From NCBI RefSeq assembly GCF_009914755.1, contig NC_060931.1: a stretch of 64,000 nt of DNA; one strand, 5' to 3'. Under the pieces are notes generated by a model that saw only the letters and a list, made by a program, of their open reading frames with translations, was not told the origin of the DNA and did not search any database. How positions within the stretch are numbered: the stretch's first letter is position 1; each line of letters starts with the position of its first letter. This document shows, piece by piece, positions 38,896 through 54,865 of this stretch. This DNA is from the human T2T-CHM13v2.0 reference genome, Homo sapiens. Both the position numbers and the translations under genes were made by a program.

Positions 38896-39443
38896 TGTGA
38901 TAGGCAGCCTCTAAAATGGCCCCTGTGATCTCTCCTTTCTGGTATTCATACCCTTATGTAATTCCCTCCCCTTGAATGTAGGCTGGACCTACTGGTTTGC
39001 ATGTAACAAACAGAATATGACAAAAGTGAGGAGATGTCATTTCAGAGATCAATTTACAAAAAACAAACAGTGATTTTCCTCTTGCTTGCTCTCATTCACT
39101 CTTTTCCTCACTTGCTCTGAGAGAAGCCAGCTGTCATGTTCTGAGCTACTGTATGATAGGCCAATGTGGCAAGGAGCTGGTGTCTAGTCAATAGGAGACC
39201 CGAGCCCTGCCAACAGCCATGTGAGTAAGCTTGGAAGTAGATCCTTCCCCAGTTGAGCGTTGAGATGACTACAACCCTTGTTAATATCTTAACTGGAGCC
39301 TTAGAAGGGACCCCAAGCCAGGGGACCCAGGTAAGCCATGCCTAGATTCCTCACTGACAGAAACCATGAGATAATAAATGCTTATTGTTTCAAGCTTCTA
39401 ACTTTCAGGATAATTTGTTATGCAACAATAGATAACTAATATA
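38896..39443 (+). mobile_element. MLT1F-like MaLR solo LTR, full length
   Basis: tgtgataggcagcctctaaaatggcccc...ttgttatgcaacaatagataactaatata; 5-bp TSD atagt/acagt. Confidence 0.9.
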
Positions 39444-42102
39444 ACAGTTTAGTATGTATAAATCCACCTTGCTTTCTGGTGTCCTCCTTATCCCCTACAA
39501 CTTGTGGTCAGAGCCCAGGGGGCAACAGGCTGCGATAATAATTTTCAACAAGACTCTGAGAAGAGAGAACCTGCTACTTCATGGACCAAGTAACGGAGTA
39601 TAATATGAGTGGGAGTTATCCCACTTCAGCAAAGGGACTAGGGAGGAGCTGAGTGTTATGGCCACCAGAAGTACATTAAAAGCAGGAGAGATGACCATGA
39701 TCTGGGTGCCACAACGTCTACACCAGAGATGACAGGTGATGTCTTAGCAATGGTTCAGGACACCTGCAGCCATTGGTAGGGTCTATCACAGGGAGTGGGA
39801 AGGAACACAAGATAGGCAGGAAGAAGCCAATCAGAGTTACTTATAATACACCTCAGAGTCTTTCTAAATGACTTGAGGAAAGCTGGTACCAAAGCCAGAA
39901 TGCATCTTCTTTGTTTCTTTTGTACTATTGGGGCCCCATTAATCCTCCACGTAGGTGGAAGTGTGGGAAATATGAACCTTACCTGCTTCCATCATGTCAC
40001 CTCACTACTCTTTATTGTCTATATTTGAACATTCCAACAGTCAGCTTCTAATTCTGTTCTGTCCCATCTATATTCAAATGGATGTGCATACTCTCTCTTA
40101 ATGCACTGCATTCACTCTCCCCAGCCTTCTCACTGAATATAACTGTCCTCTCACTCCTTAACTAATGCCTATCAATGTTCAAAGTAGAAGGGAAATCTTG
40201 TCTTACTTTCCATGTATCATGCAAAATGATTTCCATGATTCCTCTGTGAGTATCCACCATGAAATTATGAAAACTCAATCTATCAATTGAGTATAACAAT
40301 TAATTTAGAACATGCCTAGTATTGGTTGGACATTCCCCAAAATGCACAATACATCTATAACATGGTCACTGCTCTTAAAGTCTCTTAATTTTATTATAAA
40401 GGGAAAAACTTCTCCTGTGAAGCAATCAGAGAACATAGATATATCAGCATATCAGTGGTTCTTTAATAACAAGTCAAGTTGCTGCTCAGAGTTGCTTACT
40501 TTTTAAAAGAAAATGAGGTTAAGAAATAAGAGATTAAAATGTTTTTTGCTATTTCCACCCTCACCTTGATATCGATTATAAATGGGAACTTCTAGGCTAT
40601 AGTGCTGGCAAAGATGGTTGCCTCAAAGGTGGTCTCTGCTTCAAGCTGATTAATGAAGTTATTCCTGGTGAGACATTAATTTTACTGCTGTCAGCTGTCT
40701 GTCACTAAATCCAGACATTTGGATTCCAAAAAGAAGTCTTGAGGGAATAGGAATAATGTGAATGAACTAATTTGGCCAACATATAAAATTCATGTTGTAA
40801 CTAGTTATGTAATACCTGCTAACACATTAATATGCCCCCCTCTTCCACTGGGCCCATATGGTTTAAGAAGCAGAAAGCCTGCATTCCTTAAACTTATTTC
40901 ATAAGATGGTTTCAGTCTATCACCAAATAGTCCTTTCATTGTTTGTAACTTGCCTATCATGCTTGTCCCTGAAAAAGAAAATACTTTTGTTAGGGAATAA
41001 TTACAAGTTGTTAATCATTGTATTATAAATAAAATTTTAAAATATCACTGGATATAATTTTCCATTCTAGTAATTTTTGCTGTACTCAGCCCTTTACTCA
41101 TCAAAGATGAAGTGACCATTACTTGAGAGCATGAGCAGAACCAACCAAGAACAACGTTACAAAATAAACTAACAGGAAGTTAACTAGAGATGGTCATGAA
41201 AACAAAGGCTTCTTGTAACAGCCTTGCGCCTGAGAAGGGAAAGTCTTCCCTAAATTCCTAAAGCTCCCCTTTAAATATAAAAAAAAATCATAGAGCATAG
41301 AAATTTGCTGCAAGCTGTGGAAGAGAAAGGACATTCATTATGATTTTTCTGAAGACAATGTTTTGTCACACAGGGCATGACAGCCTGGAGAGTGATGAGA
41401 GAAGAGTCTGTGAGGTGAATGTGGTGCTTCTGAGAAGGGCTTAGTCCTGCCCCTCTTCTAGAATGAAAACCTTGATTGGGGATGAGGAGGGTACTGGGGG
41501 CAGAGGAATCTAAGGGCAGATAGGATTTATGCCTCACCTCCCAACTGGCAACCAGCGATGACATGGGCTAGCTGTTATTGAGTAGAAACAGCAATTAGCT
41601 GTGTTCAGGTACCCAGAGGTCTCATGAGTATCTGTTCTGGGTTCCCCACGTCAGGGAAAGCTCCAGAATTTCACCCCAGGGAGGATTTTTTAAAATGCCA
41701 AGAGGGCATGTATATTGGAAGATTCTTGAGTTAAAGAAGAGTGTAGATGTTACTACCAGAAGCCACAGGAAGGACCGCAGACATCAGAGGCAACAACTGC
41801 TGGATATATTTGGATGACTTGCCCCAAATGTATGTAGCATCCATGATTACAGAGTATTGTAAAGACCCCTGGGGATAAAACACACCAGAGAGGCCAGAGA
41901 ACACCCCAGGTCAGCATGTGTCACACAACCCTCTGAGGCCATGAGGTTTCAAAATTTCTTGCTGCTCACATGCCTTTGGCTGGAAGAGAAGGAGGAAAAG
42001 GAGGGGAAAGAACTATGAAAGCTGGAGCATTTTTCCCAATAAGATGAACTAATCCGGGAGAGACATATTTTAAAAAAAAAATTCCCTTTAATTAGAAAAA
42101 TT

Positions 42103-42394
42103 GGCCTAAGCACCGTGGCTCATGCCTGTAATCCCAGCACCTTGGGAGGCTGAGGTAGGTGGATCACTTGAGGTCAGGAATTCAAGACCAGCCTGGCCAA
42201 CATGGTGAAACCTGTCTCTACTAAAAATACAAAAATTAGCCGGGTGATGGCGCGTGCCAGTAATTCCAACTGCTTGGGAGGCTGAAGTAGAAGAATCACT
42301 TGAACCCAGGAGGCGGAGGTTGCAGTGAGCTGAGATCACGCCACTGCACTCCAGCCTGGCCGACAGAGTGAGGCTCAGTCTCAAAAAAGAAAAA
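42103..42394 (+). mobile_element. AluSz/Sx
   Basis: Full dimer with cacttgaggtcagg; TSD agaaaaatt. Confidence 0.96.
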
Positions 42395-45300
42395 AGAAAA
42401 ATTAAGGACTCTCATGCCCATCCCCAATCCCTCCAGCCTTCACTCATTTATAGAAACAAGGTCTTCAGAGAGAGTTCAGTTCAGTTACACAACACTAGCA
42501 CTCCAGTTCTTCCCATCTGAATCATAATGACTATAAATCATGATGACTTTATCTGACACTCCTTATGACTATTTCTTCCCCTCCAAATATTTTTGAGGAA
42601 AATGGGAAATATGTAACATCCTAAGTTTTAGTGTTTAGTTCTGAAACACAATTTAGCAATATAGTAAAAACTCATCATATATTACGAGGAGTCCAAAATC
42701 TTCAGTTGAGTAAATTGTGGGGGTAATGATTTTCTAGGTTAATGAAATGAGGAGCTTGGGGAAAGCTGGCCAACCACTGATCACATTGTATCCAAATTTA
42801 TGTCATATCCAAATTCATAATACTGCAGGATGTTTAGTCTGGGGAGGAGTCAGGGTACTTAAAACATGCTGTGATAAATGTTTTTTTTAAAATAGCCAAG
42901 ATGAAGATGCACTCTTTTTTTGTAAAACAGTTTTATTTCTTTATTTTTAAAATTAGAGTGGTGAGCAGACAACCAATAGAAATGGAAGTCCTTTAGGTGA
43001 TGGTCTTTTGTCTATTAAAAAATCTTTTTTATAATACAGTAGTACCCATTGTTACTATAGTTCCTTGCTGAACAGATTAAAATTCTATGATACTCGATAA
43101 GAAACAGATAGCAACTCCTAGGGGTTTTGTGGAAAGCTCAACCATTCTTTCTCTGTGTGCTGGTGAAGCCATGTTTTGTGGTGATGAATGTAAGGTAGCT
43201 CAGGCGGTTGACTGAGAAGAGTACTTTCCTACTTTGGCCAATGTATGTAAACTCTTCTACAAAATATTAAATGTAAACGTTTCTCCTCAGACTCCTCAAA
43301 ATAATACTTTATTTTGAAATTATTTTATTTTTTAAAATATTAACCGAAACACAACCTGTTTCATTTTACAGATTTGAGGGATAGAAAATGGAGTTTCTTT
43401 CTCTTCTCCTAGCATTTGAACCCACCCCCACTGCAATGTTCTCCTCAGCTTCTTCCTCTTTGAGTGGCAGCAAGTCTGCTTTGCCTTCAACTGTGCAAAA
43501 ATGTCAACAAAATCACTTCCATTTGAGTTATCACAACTGTACCTACTTCCCCCGAGCAAATGACTCCATGTAATGCCATTAACACCCCTCACCATTGTAT
43601 CATCACCGGTAGGGGATGAATGAACAGACTGACTGGTGAAAACTGCCTCTTTTTTTAAAAAAAAACAATTTTCATTTCAAATCTCCTATATCAGCTTATC
43701 AAGCCATGTCTGAATATTCAATTCCTATGAACACAGAACACTTTAGAGGAGCCCTCCAAGACATCACTGAGAGTGCTCTCAAAACCCACTAACTTATACT
43801 GCCTCTGGTCTTAGACAATCAGATTCTCCCTGATTATGGATGAAGAGAAACTATGGTACTCTCCAGCAGAAGCTCTCAGTAAGTAGGAGTCATGACAATT
43901 ATTCCTATGGCCAGGCAACAGAAACACTGCAGAAAAATTTAAGCATGACCTCACTGTTGTTTAAAAATCACATATGCCTAGGAGGCATTGCAATTTTGTA
44001 CATGAAGAATGTCAACTGACAGTTGCTCCATAGCTTATAAAGTTTTCAATTTGGCTAGTTATATTTACATGATATAAAATAAGATTCTTAGAGCCATTTG
44101 TAAGTAAAATACAATTCTCATACTCCCTGTGTTATAATCATACAATCATCACTGTTTTAGAAATAATTGTGAAGGGGATATTTGGATACTCAAATAAAAT
44201 GGGATATTTGAATACTCTGCAGGCAGAGCCACAGAAACAGCAATTCCTCCTGTAAATGAGCTGTGATTTAAAATTTGAAATCCTAGCAGCAAATTGTCTC
44301 TTATACCTCCCAACCATAAAGTCAGAGCCAAAGGGGGAAGATAACTGGGTGCCAAGCAAGGGAGTTCCCACAGGATGGATATTATCAAATAAGTCACACA
44401 ACCTCCAAAGCAGCTCTTTCATTGTGTGTTTACAATCATTATGTTCCAATTTGGTGATACAGGACACATTGGAGACTTTCCCATTAGTTTTGTAAACAGT
44501 ATGCGTATTACAACCATTGATCAATTTACCAGCACTTTCCTTGTTTGCTGGCAGAGAATACTTAGAAACAGTATTTCCACTGGAACATTATGCCAAGAAG
44601 TTTGGGCCCATCTGAAAAGGTCAAATCAAGACGAGCATCCGTGTGTGCGCAAGTGTCAATTGAAGACCGGCCACTCCTTTGTTCTCTTCTACACTTTTGC
44701 CAGTCTTTTAATAATTGTGTTTTAATAAAAACAGAATACATGTTTCCAACTCATTTACAACTAAATGATAATAATATTATTTAAGATGGTTTTCCTATTA
44801 GCATCTTAGAATCAGGGACTTGAATTTGGCCCATTATAAATTATTTTAAGCACTCTCAATTCTCCCTAGGTACAGTTTGAGTTACTTCAAACATAGTAAA
44901 AATGTTCATAACCCTACTTTTACTTTGTAATTCATTAATCTGGTGTCAAACCTTGCCAAATCTAACTATAATTTGTTCAGACTTTCTTTAATCTTTTCAT
45001 GTGTCCAGCTGAAATAGACTATGAATTTAGAGTATAATTTGAAAAACAAAAAAGCAACTGCAATATGGAAAAACAATGAAATCTAATAAAAAGAATGTGT
45101 TTTCCAATTTCGAGTTTTGGATTGACATCTAAACTATACATCAGCAAAAGAACCAGTGCTATTTAACAAGTTTTGTTTTGCAATTGCTATGCAATTTGAT
45201 AGTTTAAAAGTTAATTGTTTTATTTTTCTATCAGTGAAAACTCCTTATTTCATGAAAGACTAGACATGTGGCCACTTGAAAAAGAACTAGATGACTCAAC

Positions 45301-45809
45301 AATCATTCATCAGTTAAAGGCCTTCTATCTACTTTAAACTGTGTTCAGATTCTTAGCTACTAGAGTTCCTAGCTATTTTATTTTTCCTAGAACTCATAAA
45401 AGCCCATTAGTAGTTTTCATAGTATAACTCAAAAAAACTATGGAAGTTTAGGATATGTCTTTATTTAAGCAATGATAACTTCAGTGTTATAATTATACTG
45501 ATGTTTTTCCAGAACTCTTATGTGGAGTTTCAAATGATTAAATGTCAAATCTCTTTAGGGTTTCCATGTTGCTGTTCTCTAAAAAATCATATGCTAAACA
45601 TAGTGATGTCTGTATCTACATAAAAGATGATTATGCAAGGTCTAACTAGCATGGTAGCCCCATGCAAACTCTAAAAAGTAAACCCAACTTACACAACAGT
45701 GAAATTATAAAAGATTTTTTTCTTCTAACATCACACAGAAAGAATATAGATTCTTTTCCAGCTGTCATTTTCAACTGGCACTTTGTATTAAAATGCTCAA
45801 TTTCCAAAA

Positions 45810-45920
45810 ATACTAGTGCTGGAGATAGTCAAATCAGAACCTCTAGGGGTGGGTCCCAGGCATCAGTATTTTTTTTCAAAGCATCCTAGATGATTCTCAT
45901 GTGAAAGCAGAAAATCAGTG
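45810..45920 (-). mobile_element. MER5-family fragment
   Basis: aaatcagaacctctaggggtgggtcccaggcatcagtatttttttt...gatgattctcatgtg. Confidence 0.65.
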
Positions 45921-46749
45921 ACTTGCAGGAAAGAAAATTAGGAATGAAACACAAGCTGGAGTAAGTTTACAGCAAACACAAGCTCAGTGCAAGACTTTGG
46001 CCACAGTTTCAGGAGTCTGGGTGAAAGTATGTCAAAATTGGTTTTAATGCCTACAGCACTGAGTATTTTCTTTGAGGCAGAAAACTTGAATAATAGTTTC
46101 TCCATTTCTTCACAGCCTTGATTGGATCTTAGGCTTGACAAAGGCACTATTTAGTTCACAAATATTTATTGCGTTCTAGGCAGCTGCTAGGCGCAAAATG
46201 ACCTAGAATAGAGAACGCCTAGCCAGGTACCCATAAACCATTTATAACAACCAATTGTGCTTTCCGAAACACATTGACAATAATAATCACATGGAACTTT
46301 TTTCCTAGGTAATTAATCTTTACAGTGGTAACATTGCTACCATTCACTATTCTTACAATTCCAATATCTATGACAATTAGTAGTGAAGTGATTTTAAAAA
46401 GACGAACAGGGGTCCACTTCCAGGAGGAAAACCCTCAGTTTGAGAGCTTAAAGTATAACAGCAAAATCATAAGAAACTTCACATAATCAGACATACAGGT
46501 AAATACATGTTAGAGTAGTCATAAATGAAGCTAACTTTTGCAGGGCAAAATAGGGAGAATAAAATCAGTAAACTCTTTATGCTTTTTAGGGTGACACAGT
46601 TGAGTTCTGGCTTCTGGACTGTTAGTTTGGTTCAGGAATGGTTTCATCTATGAGGAAATGTTCTTTGATGGTTTTACTCGTCATAAACTTGCTCCCTCTC
46701 CCCGCAGAGAGCAGAGAAAAAAAAAGACAAGCTTCTGTTGGATTGGATG

Positions 46750-47440
46750 GATTAGCGGTGGAGGATAAAGATAGGGAAGTCCTGGCTAAGGAAGTGCTAC
46801 TTGAGGTGAGTTTTAATAGAAAAAAACACAGCTGTATAAAAAAGAATGTGTGGGTGGGGAGGGAGGAGCATGTTTCAGGCCAAAGGAACAGCATATGCAG
46901 AGACTATGAGTCATAAACCAATGGGGTTGGTTGGGAATTTCCAAGAAGTTCAGTATGACAGACGCATTGGAGGTGTGGCTTGGAGGTGTGGCTTGGCTTT
47001 GGAGGTGTGGCTTGCTGGGAGTTAAAGCCCCCAAGGTAGGCTTGGGATGCACTAAAAAGACATTTGTAATTTATTCCACAAACTCTGTATAATCTTTGAA
47101 GTATCTTAAATGGTGAGGAAACTCCAAAAGACTTCTATTTGAGATTTAAAGAATTGTTTTGAGAGCTTTAGGGATGAAGCACTGACACGGGGTGAGTTGG
47201 TGCAGACTGGAGATGACCTAGAGGCTACTGAAAGGAGGCATACTCAAACTCAGGAATAGTGGTGGGGAGGAAGAAGAGGAGAGGATGACAAAACCGTGTT
47301 TATAAGATATAATCTCTGCCATGAAGGCTGAATGAGGAGAAGAAGGGTAATTCCCAGGTTTTTGGATTGAACGACTGGTAACTGATAAAAACTTTTACGG
47401 AAAGAAGATATAGAAGAGAATTAGTTCTGATGGAGGGTAA
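46750..47440 (-). mobile_element. L2 fragment
   Basis: tttcaggccaaaggaacagcatatgcagagac; aattcccaggtttttgg. Confidence 0.65.
46967..47014. repeat. 13-bp tandem repeat (ttggaggtgtggc), 3 copies
   Basis: Three perfect copies, with a 6-bp spacer before the third. Confidence 0.9.
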
Positions 47441-47529
47441 GTGCATGCAATTTTAAATGCAGTTTTAATAGCTTAAGAAACAGGAACAAATTGTCTCTAG
47501 AACCGTAAAACAATTTTTTTTGAGGACCC

Positions 47530-48050
47530 AAGTTTAAGGGCATTTTACAAAAAATAGCTGGTTCATACTCTTCAAAAATGCCAGAGTCATAACAGACATG
47601 GGAAGACTAAAGAATTCTTCCAGATTAAAGAAGACTGAGTAGATTTGATAGTCAAATACACTCATAATCCAGAATTTCCTTTCTTTACAAAGAACATTAT
47701 TGACAGTTGGAAAAATTTGAGTACAGTCTGTAGATTAGCAACCAGTATTTTATCACCACAATACTAATATTGTATTCATTTTCGGATTTTGTTAATTGTG
47801 CTGTCGTAATGTAAGAGAATGTCCTTGATTTTCAGTAAACATACACTGAAGTATTTATGGGAAAAAGGATATACAACTTACCCTCAAATGGTTCAGGAAA
47901 AATAAACCTCTATATGTATAAAGACTGAGTGCTAAAGGTAATGTGATAAAATGCTAATTTTTGAGAATATGAGCAAAGGGTATATAGGAACTTTTCTACT
48001 ATTCTTGCAATTATTCTGTAATTACAAAATAATGTTAAAATAAAAAACTG
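47530..48050 (+). mobile_element. L1MC4-like 3' end
   Basis: ttccagattaaagaagact, aatgtaagagaatgtccttg, aaatggttcaggaaaa, aagggtatataggaac. Confidence 0.8.
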
Positions 48051-49798
48051 AAATCAGCAAAAAGTTCTTTTGAAATATTTAAAGCTCTTAGAAAAGCATA
48101 AGAATAACACAATGCCTATATTCCCTCTACCCTCTAACTAGAATAAATAACAACTAATATTTTCTTATTTACTTTCAGTCATTTTTTGAGGCAAAATATT
48201 ACTTCATAACATTTTATTTTCTGTAAAAATTATTGTGTACATGTGTATCTGCAGAAAAGGAGGAGGATGGCAAAGGCTATATACTGAAGTACATTTAATC
48301 ATCTCTTAAATTAGAAATAATCAGGCCCAGAGTGTAAGATTACCCCAGAGACTGGGGTGATTACCCTCTGGGCTTTAGCTTTACTGCATGTTTACTTCAG
48401 CAGAGCATGATTTAGTTAGCCTGTGAAGGGGTCAAAGGGTTAAATTTTTATTTTAGTTTCTGTAGAAAAGCCAAACCACCAATTCTTTTCATGTATCAGA
48501 AAACCCTAAGAAAGCACTTTATTTCTCCTGTTGTTTCCATTTGATTAAAATCCACATAGAAAAGCTACTTCAAAGCTGCCAGTCAATTGAAACCACAATA
48601 GGAAAAAGGACAGGTTATTCACAAATATCTTTCAAGAGTCTCTTTTAAAAAACAGTAAATAGTACAAATGGGTAAATATTGGCAGAATATGTAACACCAA
48701 ATGCTGAAAACAGTGGTAGAGTTATAACTTTATGCAACCAAGATGGAACTTTTGCAATGATCTTCTTACTCTTTGCTCCTGGCCACCATCCTATCTAGGA
48801 AGGCTAAGGGTCACTGCTCGATGCTTATTTGACTCAAGATGGAAGTCAGGAGACTTATTCTGAACAGAAATCTGAGATGCACACAGGTCACTACCCCGGC
48901 CATGCATGATGTCTGGTCTTCCTCAGGTATCTTTATCCTGATACTCATCTTTAAGGCCTTTAATCTTACTTTTCTTGGTAAACACAAGAAAGGCCAAGTG
49001 AAGGATAGGAATCTAAGACCAGACAGCAAATCAAAACACTGTCAACACTGGCACAAATGGAGCAAATCCATGTGGTCTAATGATCAGAAGCAATTGTTTC
49101 CAGGGCTGGATCCTGGAACAAGGAGCTCACCCCTGCCAGGCAGAGAAAGGAACTAGGGGTCCTGGGAGTTGGCAGTGCTGGCTCCCCTGTACCACCTCTG
49201 CTTCTGTTTTTTTTTCCTCTCTCTCTTTTCTTTTATATCTTCCTGCTCTCCCTCACTTTTCATTATTTTCTTGACTCTTTTAAACCAAGGAGAGTTAACC
49301 AAAATAGGTTAGCTCTCCTTGAAGCACCGCACTGAAGAGGATGCACTATCATCTCTCTTTGGGAATTTAGGAAGCCTCCCCGACCTGTCTCAGATGTCTT
49401 TTGGTTCCTCCTTTTGTCTGGCAGAGGACAACTCCTAAGTCACATAGTAATGACTTTTTTTCCTGCAATCCCTTCAACAGACAAAAATATGATTCCCTTT
49501 TTCATTTTGAGTAAGTCTCCCCACATCATGTCTTCAAGCTGTGACTAAAACTTCTTTGTCTAAGCAAATACAATTATTTTCATGACAATTTTTATGTCCT
49601 GGCATGGAAAATAAATATCATCATTGTTGAGTGCTGTGCCCTTCTTTCTGTTTACTGATGAAAAACACGGCTGATAGGAAATGGAAGGTGTCATAAAGAT
49701 TTATATGAAAAAGGTCAGGGTGGGTGGTGGAGGAGAATCACTTTGAAACACAAAAGAACTTCTGCTGAACTGGTCCTTTCCTTATTGAAAACAGTGGC

Positions 49799-50069
49799 AG
49801 CCGGTTGTGGTGGCTCACGCCTCTAATCCTAGCACTTTGGGAGGCCAAGACAGGCAGATCACTTGAGGTCAGGAGTTTGAGACTAACTTGGGCAGCATGG
49901 TGAAACACCATTTCTACTAAAAATACAAAAATTAGCCACGCATGGTGGTGTACCGTATGTAGTCCCAACTACTCCAGAGGCTGAGGCAGGAGAATCACTT
50001 GAATCTGGAGGCAGAGGCTGCAGTGAGCTGAGATAGCGCCACTGTCTCCAAAAAAAAAAAAAAAAAAAA
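49799..50069 (+). mobile_element. AluSz-like with ~30-bp internal deletion near the 3' end
   Basis: gcgccactg joined directly to tctcc and poly-A; degenerate TSD aaacagtggc/aagcaatggc. Confidence 0.94.
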
Positions 50070-50655
50070 GCAATGGCTACTAATGTGACCAACATAAAAT
50101 ATCCTTACATGCCAAATGTTTCTGAATATCCACATTTCAGTATAGGCCCTAATACTGAGGATGTTTAGAACCTATGGTCTCATCCCCCAGGAATTTATAT
50201 TCTTCAATGCTTCATAAGGTCATTAAATATTAAAGAATCATTTAGTAAAGTTATGATAACTCTATGTTTGTGTGCTTTACAGTAATAGATCTGAGGAGAT
50301 ACTCACCTAAATAAAAATCGTGTTTATCTCTAGGTGGTGGTATTTTATACAATTTTTAAAAACATTCTTTGTATTATTATAATACATATTTAATGTCTTA
50401 ATTATAGTGTATAATCAAGAAAAATAAAATTATTTTCTTTGCTAATTGAAAAGCAGATCTTGAAACATTTCAAACATTCGTTATTTCTCAGGGTTGAAAG
50501 TTATATTACAAAAACTATATTTTTTAATGCAAATCAACTTTTTGATGAAGTAAAATTAAAAATAATTTTTGTTCCTCTATAATATTTAGCTTTTTAAAAT
50601 ATTGGGTGTTTGTGAAATTCCTGACATTATATCCAGTTTCCTGTGTGCAAGCTGA

Positions 50656-50669
50656 GTTGCTATGGTGAC
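50656..50669. promoter_or_regulatory. RFX X-box-like motif
   Basis: GTTGCTATGGTGAC vs consensus GTTGCCATGGCAAC. Confidence 0.4.
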
Positions 50670-51249
50670 ATCACTTTGTACTTGCATCTGAAATTTCTAT
50701 CTTATAGTTTATAACTTCGTATTACCTTATTCCCATTGAAGTGTTTAAAAAGTGGTTTTGATTTTCTGCTATGAGGCCCAAAGGACTCTTGCAACCCTTT
50801 CTCGACAGAGAGACCACTAATCAAAAGCAATGAAAATAAATCCTCACTGCGCTTAGGAGCAGATCCAGACAGATCTCAGCCCCCAACTTCTCCCACCTAC
50901 CATCTGGACCTCCCTGCAGCTATGGGAGCAGCAGGAGAAGGCAGAGAGGAGCACCTCCCCCGGTCCATTAACAGTGGCAACCACTAGAAGCAAGATCCAA
51001 AAAACAAAGAGACCCTAAAGTCAGGATTTCCCTCCATTACCAATGCCTCTCTGACCTGACAGGAGCTTTAAGAGACCTTCTAAAGTCCCTTTCAAATCTA
51101 AAATCAACAAATCTACAAATCTACAAATAATTAATAAGATAAAAACTAGCCATTCAAATTGAATGTTTTACCCTTCTTACCAGAATTAGGGATTCAATTT
51201 AGATCAACTTTTTAATGTCAGATGTATGAATAAGTTGTCATGGCTCAAT

Positions 51250-52880
<1,631 letters not shown>

Positions 52881-54518
52881 AATTTACTGCAGACATACAA
52901 TGAATAAAATTTTTGGATGGACAGAAAAATGAGAAAGTTTGAAATTCAAGTGAACAAATCGGGTTTTCATTTACATTTGAGTTCATCACATTTCTATGAA
53001 TCATTCATAACAACTATGATTAATATGTGCCATAGTATGACTCCCCATTCTCTCCCCAATCTGAGTTTTCAGCGGGGGAAGTATGCCTTTGGCAAACCTC
53101 CCACCCCATTCCCTAACTTTGGCTCCATTTCTCTCTCCAGGAGCCCTTTCCTCTTCTTTCCACCATTCCAATGTCCAATGGTGGACATTCTTTCCATCAT
53201 TAAGCACTAATCCTGTGCTCAAATATTGTACTTAGCTGAGCACAGAACTAATTCAGATTATTAAATTAAAACACTTTTCCTTCATATTTGTTGCAGCATA
53301 ATGGTAGTAAATTGGGTAACTAATTGTAATCAGCTTTTATTCATTCCTCCTTCTTCCTCTCCTCAGTGATTATAAAATAATGCCTGCAAACCTTATTGGA
53401 ATGAGACAGGTACAGGAAAGTATTTATGACAGTTGTAAGCAATATCTATATTGATCCATTGCTAGCAAAAGATTTGGAATATGTTTTCAGATCTTTGCTC
53501 TCTTTTATAATTAATACTGGGATACTATGATACTATGCCTAGGAGTAGAGACATCTAGACAGGATAGCATCTATTTGAGAACCAATTATTCTGGGTTGTG
53601 ATACTCAGTCCATGGAATTTGTAGGAAAACTAGAATTGCTGAAAATTGGGAAGATTTTAATTTTTGGAGTTCTAGGCCAGTAGTGAAATAGCTGCCATTT
53701 ACTACCTTTTAATTAAGTGTCAAAGTCATATAACTTCAATGGACTGTTGCTGCTGGTAGACTCCATTTTAAGAAGAACTATTTATCATCATTTTGGGGAG
53801 ACTGATTACTCAAATGATCACAATTAATTAATTGCTAAATATCAATAAACACACTTTGGAAAATTAAATATAAATGGAATGTCACCTGAGGAAACAAACA
53901 GGCAGTCCAAACGTTCTTCAAAAAATGTCAATTTTCTATTTCACAGAAAGGAAGTGTTTTTCATCATTAAGGCAGTTTTAAAAAGAACAACTACAAAATA
54001 TTAAAATTACTTTTAATAGTTTGCCTGTATTTCCAATACACAGATCCTGGACAGATAGAGGTTGCATTTTGCTCAATTCAGCTACCTTTTTTAGGACAAC
54101 ATATGTATTAGATGTTTCTGAGCAGCCATGCTGTGTTTCCATCATCCTTTGCTTTTTTCTGTCCAAGAGAGAACACCAAGACTGAAGTCATTGAATCAGC
54201 CTTTAATATCTATTGTTCTTAGTAACATTGAACCAGTGACAGAGCTGAATGAGAGCCCTTTAACAGCCTGGGGAAAGCATGGCATCATGTTCATGTCCTT
54301 GTCAGAAAACTGAGCTAGATAGAAAACCTCATGCTACAATGTAATTTTTGTTAGAGTTACAGATTGAGAGAAAAGAGACGTTAGGCTATAAGACTAACAT
54401 TTGAAGTGTATGCCTAAGAGGTGCTAATACAGGAAATGCTAAATATTCAGCACTATCACTCAGCTTTGCATATGGAGAAAGCAGGTTTAAAGACTTGAAG
54501 AGAATAAAATATATTCTC

Positions 54519-54865
<347 letters not shown>

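Noticed and set aside
41350-42060. Possible old LTR-like purine-rich segments (also 39480-39990 and 60330-61030)
   Set aside because: I could not match termini or a family by eye; needs a Dfam search.
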